Part shown: one piece after another, positions 27,998 through 31,584 of the stretch | How the letters are laid out: every line of letters begins with the position of its first letter | Numbering within the stretch: position 1 is the first letter of the stretch | Source of the DNA: a virus | Taxonomy: Duplodnaviria > Caudoviricetes | IMG/VR virus record: IMGVR_UViG_3300023252_000080 | Location: 1-31,584 of that record | Direction: 5' to 3' (one strand) | Length of the DNA: 31,584 nt | The notes under the pieces: model-generated | Seen by the model: the letters and a program-made list of their open reading frames with translations, nothing else | What the model was told of the DNA's origin: nothing | The model's database searches: none | Position numbers and translations under genes: made by a program

Positions 27998-28234
27998 ATG
28001 TTCAAAAAATTCATGTGCGTCACTGTGATCGTTGCAACGACTAGCTCTCTGTCGGCATGCGCTGACGATGTGAAAGAGCCAAAGTGCTCGGATCTAAAGC
28101 GCAACGACACTGAAATGCTTAAGAAGCAGGAGGCTAAGTATCCTGAGCTGATGCGTCAGCTACGGGATAAGTGCCCCAACCAAGGCACTGGGGGCTTCGT
28201 GCCCAGCACCGCAACGAAAGGACTCATCAGGTAA
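27998..28234 (+). CDS. Small lipoprotein, entry-exclusion-like
   Basis: AAGGA RBS, MFKK signal, lipobox LSA-C, two further Cys and C-terminal CP..G..GFVPS. Confidence 0.65.
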   Translation: MFKKFMCVTVIVATTSSLSACADDVKEPKCSDLKRNDTEMLKKQEAKYPELMRQLRDKCPNQGTGGFVPSTATKGLIR

Positions 28235-28279
28235 CAGATCCATTCGGGCCTCATCAGCCTTGACAGCGCTTATGGGCCC

Positions 28280-28470
28280 TCATTCGCAGGCCATCCTGTG
28301 CGTCTCGGCATGTGCGTGCGCCTGCAGGATGGCAGCGAGCAGGCCCTGAGGGAGGCCCGCGCTCTTGGCCTCATCGATAGCCTTGGCCACTGCGACATCC
28401 AGCTCGTTGGTTGCAGCTACCACATCCCCCAGGAGCGGCAAGACGTGGCGAAGTCGGTCACGTTGCTCAT
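28280..28470 (-). pseudogene. Frameshifted small phage gene (MSNVT/RLRHVLP...AETHRMACE)
   Basis: ATG to TGA spans 191 nt. Adding one base after codon 5 gives a continuous 63-aa helical protein. Confidence 0.5.
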
Positions 28471-28495
28471 ACGGGCCTCGCTCAGGGCATAGCTA

Positions 28496-28726
28496 TCAGG
28501 CGAATGGGTCCGCGGGCTTGGCGATCGAGCGCACAAACCACATGAAGCCCTGCTGCAGGTTGGTCTTGGCCAGGGCCAGGGTGCGCTGGTCAACGCCTGC
28601 GATGTGACCAATCTGCTTGAACAGTTCGCCGACGTCGGCCTCCAGAGCCTTGATCGAGTTCATACCATCGATTTCGCTCTGGGTGAGGTCGCGGTATCCG
28701 GTGATCTTCTTGTGCTGGTTGTCCAT
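28496..28726 (-). CDS. acb2: Anti-CBASS Acb2 family cyclic-oligonucleotide sponge
   Basis: MDNQHKKITGYRDL..EID.MN.IK and R..A.AKT..Q.G.M...R.IA.P match recalled Pseudomonas phage Acb2. Y11 and K26 are in register. Confidence 0.85.
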   Translation of the reverse strand: MDNQHKKITGYRDLTQSEIDGMNSIKALEADVGELFKQIGHIAGVDQRTLALAKTNLQQGFMWFVRSIAKPADPFA

Positions 28727-28742
28727 GGGTGATCCTCTGAGA

Positions 28743-29324
28743 GTCGCGCCACGGAGTGGCCTATTTGATTTTGTGGTGCGGAAACATATGCTGGTCCGCT
28801 CGATGCGGCTGCTTGGACGCAGCTACCGCTGAAATACAAGGAACTACATGACACGGCTCACCAAGCTTCGAATCCTGCTCACACTGGGCGCCATCATTGG
28901 AATCGCACCTCTAACCTGGTCCTTTCTCGGGGCTACTCTCTTTCTCGCGGTGGCGCTCCCTAAAGCCCCAGAGTTCGTAATACCTGTATTCCTGATCTCT
29001 GTTGTAGGACTGTGGGGATGCTGGAAGGCGTACGCCGCAGCCATGGCTAGGCATCCGGCTCCCAACGACAGACGAGTAGTCATTGCAGTTGTCATTGCGC
29101 TCGTCTGGGGGCTGATCTGGTTAAGCGTTTGGGCCTTCGCCACCGAATGGGAGTGGTATTCAAATTGGCTGTTGCTTTTCCCAATGCCTGGGGTGACAGC
29201 GCTAATTATGCTTTACGTCACGCACCGGAGGACCCTTGGTTTCAGCGTGCCCGTAAGTGCGATGCCCGATTAAGCGCACATCCACGTTGCGCCACGAAAC
29301 GGGGCACCTCGATGTTGTGGCGCA
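28743..29324. repeat. Pair of ~38-bp imperfect palindromic direct repeats (28743-28780, 29286-29324)
   Basis: GTCGCGCCACG...GATTTTGTGGTGCG and GTTGCGCCACG...GATGTTGTGGCGCA flank one gene. Confidence 0.6.
28848..29273 (+). CDS. Moron: multi-pass membrane protein
   Basis: AAGGA RBS. About four hydrophobic segments. Opposite strand to the late operon. Confidence 0.75.
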   Translation: MTRLTKLRILLTLGAIIGIAPLTWSFLGATLFLAVALPKAPEFVIPVFLISVVGLWGCWKAYAAAMARHPAPNDRRVVIAVVIALVWGLIWLSVWAFATEWEWYSNWLLLFPMPGVTALIMLYVTHRRTLGFSVPVSAMPD

Positions 29325-29325
29325 C

Positions 29326-29598
29326 CTATTTGCTCTTGCTGCGCTGGATCTGCGCATCGACCTGGTCAGCGCAGGTGTCGAGCAGGTTGATGGCCCGATC
29401 CTTCAGCGCCCAGAGGTCGCCATTGAGCCGCAGGTCTTCATCATCGTCCACCCGCTCGCAGGGGACCATCTCAGGGGGTTCTAGTCTTACCGCTGTTGTC
29501 TTTACCGTCACCGGCTGAGGCTTTGCCGCGCAGGCCGTCAGGAAGAGGCTGAGCAGCCCAGTCACGAACAGGTTTGCTGTTGCGTTTGAGGTCTTCAA
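29326..29598 (-). CDS. Rz1-like (LysC-type) o-spanin lipoprotein
   Basis: Lipobox LTA-C and NGDL...C..QVD motif. Overlaps the 3' end of the LysB-like frame. Confidence 0.75.
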   Translation of the reverse strand: MKTSNATANLFVTGLLSLFLTACAAKPQPVTVKTTAVRLEPPEMVPCERVDDDEDLRLNGDLWALKDRAINLLDTCADQVDAQIQRSKSK

Positions 29599-29734
29599 AG
29601 TTATTCCTCGCTTCCCGGACCTTTGTCTCGCTGGCCTTCAGCCGCTTGTTCAGATCTGCCAGGTAATCGGCGTTGCGCATGGCTTCGGCACGCAGGGTGG
29701 TGATGGTGGCCCGGCTCTCGGCGTTCGTACCAGC
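29471..29734 (-). pseudogene. 5'-truncated Rz/LysB-type i-spanin
   Basis: C-terminal VRDWAAQPLPD motif is present. The frame is closed upstream by a stop at 29735-29737 and lacks an N-terminal TM segment. Confidence 0.7.
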
Positions 29735-29940
29735 TCACAAAGGCTGTCACGCCGAGGAAGCTCAACAAAGAAGGCCAGTGCTACAGCCTCAAGATCAACG
29801 ATTACTACCCGTCGAAAACTCTCTTCCTCGGTGCCAGGTTTGATCTCGACGCCCTACTGCTTAACCTCTACACCGGCGGCGTGAAAGTCCAGTATCAGGA
29901 AATCGACGTCTACGACTTCCACTACGGCTACGACGACTGA
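29725..29940 (+). pseudogene. Start-less 3' fragment of a phage hypothetical gene (...LNKEGQCYSLKIND...LYTGGVKV...YGYDD*)
   Basis: Frame is open 29704-29940 with coding-like codon usage but has no start codon until 29881. Confidence 0.55.
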
Positions 29941-29969
29941 CCCTCCGACGCTGTCGCCAGCCCGTAAAC

Positions 29970-29996
29970 GAAAACGCCGCCTGATGAGACGGCGCT
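29970..29996 (-). terminator. Intrinsic terminator after lipoprotein pair
   Basis: CGCCGTCTCATCAGGCGGCG-TTTTC on the minus strand. Confidence 0.65.
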
Positions 29997-30015
29997 GACT
30001 GACGAAGACCGGACG

Positions 30016-30234
30016 TTACCAGGTCTTCGGCTCTGACTTCTTGAGTGAGCCACCGGTCATGCACTTCTCGACCAGGTCTTCGCGTGCCTTGTTGTCTGGA
30101 AGCGTTTTGAGGTATTCGGGCTGACAGTGTTCGGTGGTTGGCTGGTAGGCTGCAGCGTCGGGCGCGTCTTCTTTGCAGCCGGCCAAGCCTACAGCGAGTG
30201 CAGCAGCGAGGATTGAGGCAAAGCATTGCTTCAT
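30016..30234 (-). CDS. trbK: Entry-exclusion lipoprotein TrbK-like
   Basis: Lipobox LAG-C, 72 aa, Cys pair (HCQP...KC) and C-terminal KKSEPKTW as in RP4-type TrbK. Confidence 0.7.
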   Translation of the reverse strand: MKQCFASILAAALAVGLAGCKEDAPDAAAYQPTTEHCQPEYLKTLPDNKAREDLVEKCMTGGSLKKSEPKTW

Positions 30235-30401
30235 GGCTTGAAACCCTCGTCCTGGCTTTCATCAGGCGGAGTGATGTTCCAGAGGTTCTCGCTGGCCTCC
30301 TGCTGAGCCTGCGCCTTCTTCTCTTCCTCGGACTCCCAGCATCCACTCAGCAACAGCGCTGATGCAGCTACAAGCATTGCTCCAATGACGGTGCGTTTCA
30401 T
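30231..30401 (-). CDS. Small lipoprotein (56 aa) translationally coupled to trbK-like gene
   Basis: AGGAAGGA RBS, MKR signal, lipobox LSG-C and ATGA overlap with the next gene. Confidence 0.75.
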   Translation of the reverse strand: MKRTVIGAMLVAASALLLSGCWESEEEKKAQAQQEASENLWNITPPDESQDEGFKP

Positions 30402-30489
30402 GAGGTTCCTTCCTGTGAAATGGTCGGGCGTTATACCAAGAATCGATTTGCGCCGCAAAACCTAACACCACGGGCTGCCCGCCAGCGCC

Positions 30490-30687
30490 TCAACGCTTGT
30501 CGTGAAGCTCAGGAGGCCAAGCGCTCATGAACCACATGATTCCGGGAATCAACACGTAGATCCAGTGCTTGCCAGGGTATACACAGGTGCCGACAGCCCA
30601 TATGACGAGCAACATACCGCCCGCTCGCCGCCGGCGCCTCGGCGTGAACCACTCCTGAAACGCCTTATGCCTTTCCCGCAACTTCAT
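30490..30687 (-). CDS. Small two-TM membrane protein
   Basis: AAGGAG RBS before ATG 30687. Arg-rich N-terminus followed by two hydrophobic segments. Confidence 0.65.
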   Translation of the reverse strand: MKLRERHKAFQEWFTPRRRRRAGGMLLVIWAVGTCVYPGKHWIYVLIPGIMWFMSAWPPELHDKR

Positions 30688-30964
30688 TACCAATCTCCTT
30701 GTTTGGTAAGCGGCGAAGCATATCACCTGGATGCCACATTCACCCCGACGGCGCTACCGGCCAAGTTTGGCGGCAGGCAAGAAAACTCTGAGGTCAAAAA
30801 CCGGGTAGGCCAATGACTACTCCGGGGCATAGATTGGCCAGATGATAAATGCTGCAAACAAGGTGTCGAGCACTGACTCGCGCGGACCGGTGCTGACGAT
30901 TTTGTAGAGGTGAATTGGATGAGGAAAAAGGCAAAGTCACTCGAAAATTCACTATGCCCAGAAA

Positions 30965-30990
30965 CAACAAAGCCACCCTAAGGTGGCTAA
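30965..30990 (-). terminator. Terminator downstream of tRNA-Pro
   Basis: AGCCACCTTAGGGTGGCT-TTGTTG on the minus strand. Confidence 0.7.
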
Positions 30991-31004
30991 GTCGTTGAAA
31001 TATA

Positions 31005-31081
31005 TGGTCGGGACGGAGTGATTCGAACACTCGACCCCTTGCACCCCATGCAAGTGCGCTACCGGGCTGCGCTACGCCCCG
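31005..31081 (-). tRNA. tRNA-Pro (GGG)
   Basis: CGGGGCG acceptor stem, anticodon arm CTTGC-ATGGGGT-GCAAG, TTCGAAT T-loop and encoded CCA; 77 nt. Confidence 0.97.
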
Positions 31082-31190
31082 ACTGGGCTTTGAAGCTTGT
31101 TCTCAATCTTGCCAAGAACGTTGAAGAATGTACCCTAACCTTTTGATAAATGAAAGCTTTTTTTCAAAAATTTGCACTCATCGAAAAGCC

Positions 31191-31547
31191 TTACTTCTTC
31201 AACACCACCAGCACATCCTCCAACTCGACAATCATCTGCCGAATCAACTGCTTGTACTGGCTTGACTCATCCTTCACCTCATCACTGGAGAGCCTTAACC
31301 GCGCCCCACCAATGGTGAACCCCTGATCATAAAGCAGCGCGCGAATCTGGCGGATCATCAGCACGTCTTGGCGCTGGTAATACCGCCGATTGCCCCGCCG
31401 CTTCACAGGGTTCAACTGCGGGAACTCCTGCTCCCAATACCGCAGCACGTGTGGCTTTACAGCACACAGTTCGCTGACTTCACCAATGGTGAAGTAGCGT
31501 TTGCCCGGTATGGGGGGCAGTTCGTCGTTATGGCTTGGTTCCAGCAT
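31191..31547 (-). CDS. MerR-family transcriptional regulator (host, downstream of ihfA)
   Basis: YFTIGEVSELC.VKPHVLRYWE...RRYY. Conserved ihfA-merR-tRNA-Pro arrangement. Confidence 0.95.
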   Translation of the reverse strand: MLEPSHNDELPPIPGKRYFTIGEVSELCAVKPHVLRYWEQEFPQLNPVKRRGNRRYYQRQDVLMIRQIRALLYDQGFTIGGARLRLSSDEVKDESSQYKQLIRQMIVELEDVLVVLKK

Positions 31548-31584
31548 AGGCCTCAACCCGGGCCTTCAACTTCTGCCCTGGACG
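31528..31584 (-). CDS. ihfA: Integration host factor alpha, 3' end (partial)
   Basis: RPGQKLKARVEAYAGTKP* is the IhfA C-terminus. Confidence 0.9.
   Translation of the reverse strand, partial: RPGQKLKARVEAYAGTKP

Larger units (their letters stand above)
728..30800. mobile_element. Defective lambdoid/siphovirus-type prophage (right boundary approximate)
   Basis: Integrase plus complete head/tail/lysis gene order. No repressor, replication or antiterminator genes and no attR seen. Confidence 0.9.

Noticed and set aside
31005-31081. tRNA-Pro as the attachment site of this prophage
   Set aside because: No duplicate of the tRNA 3' end was seen near the integrase. The left junction instead matches a queD-like start.
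1-31584. CRISPR array, diversity-generating retroelement, invertible tail-fibre segment or IS element
   Set aside because: No regularly spaced repeats, reverse transcriptase, invertase or transposase motifs were seen.

Overview
Pseudomonas (putida-group-like) chromosomal window almost entirely occupied by a truncated siphovirus-type prophage. The left host flank is a patatin-like gene followed by what looks like the first codons of queD (probable attL). Then come a P4-like tyrosine integrase, a LexA-boxed two-gene unit and an AT-richer XRE-HTH + ImmA/IrrE peptidase + small basic peptide cassette. An apparently intact late operon runs on the minus strand: terminase, portal, capsid, neck, tail tube, chaperones with a -1 frameshift, tape measure, tail tip, SGNH-esterase spike, endolysin and spanins. 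Morons include an Acb2 anti-CBASS homolog, a T4 Imm-like superinfection protein and three small lipoproteins resembling plasmid entry-exclusion proteins. The prophage breaks at about 29.73 kb inside a spanin gene. No holin, antiterminator, replication, immunity or attR region is visible before the host tRNA-Pro(GGG), merR-family gene and ihfA at the right end. All family assignments come from recognising motifs by eye; no database search was run.
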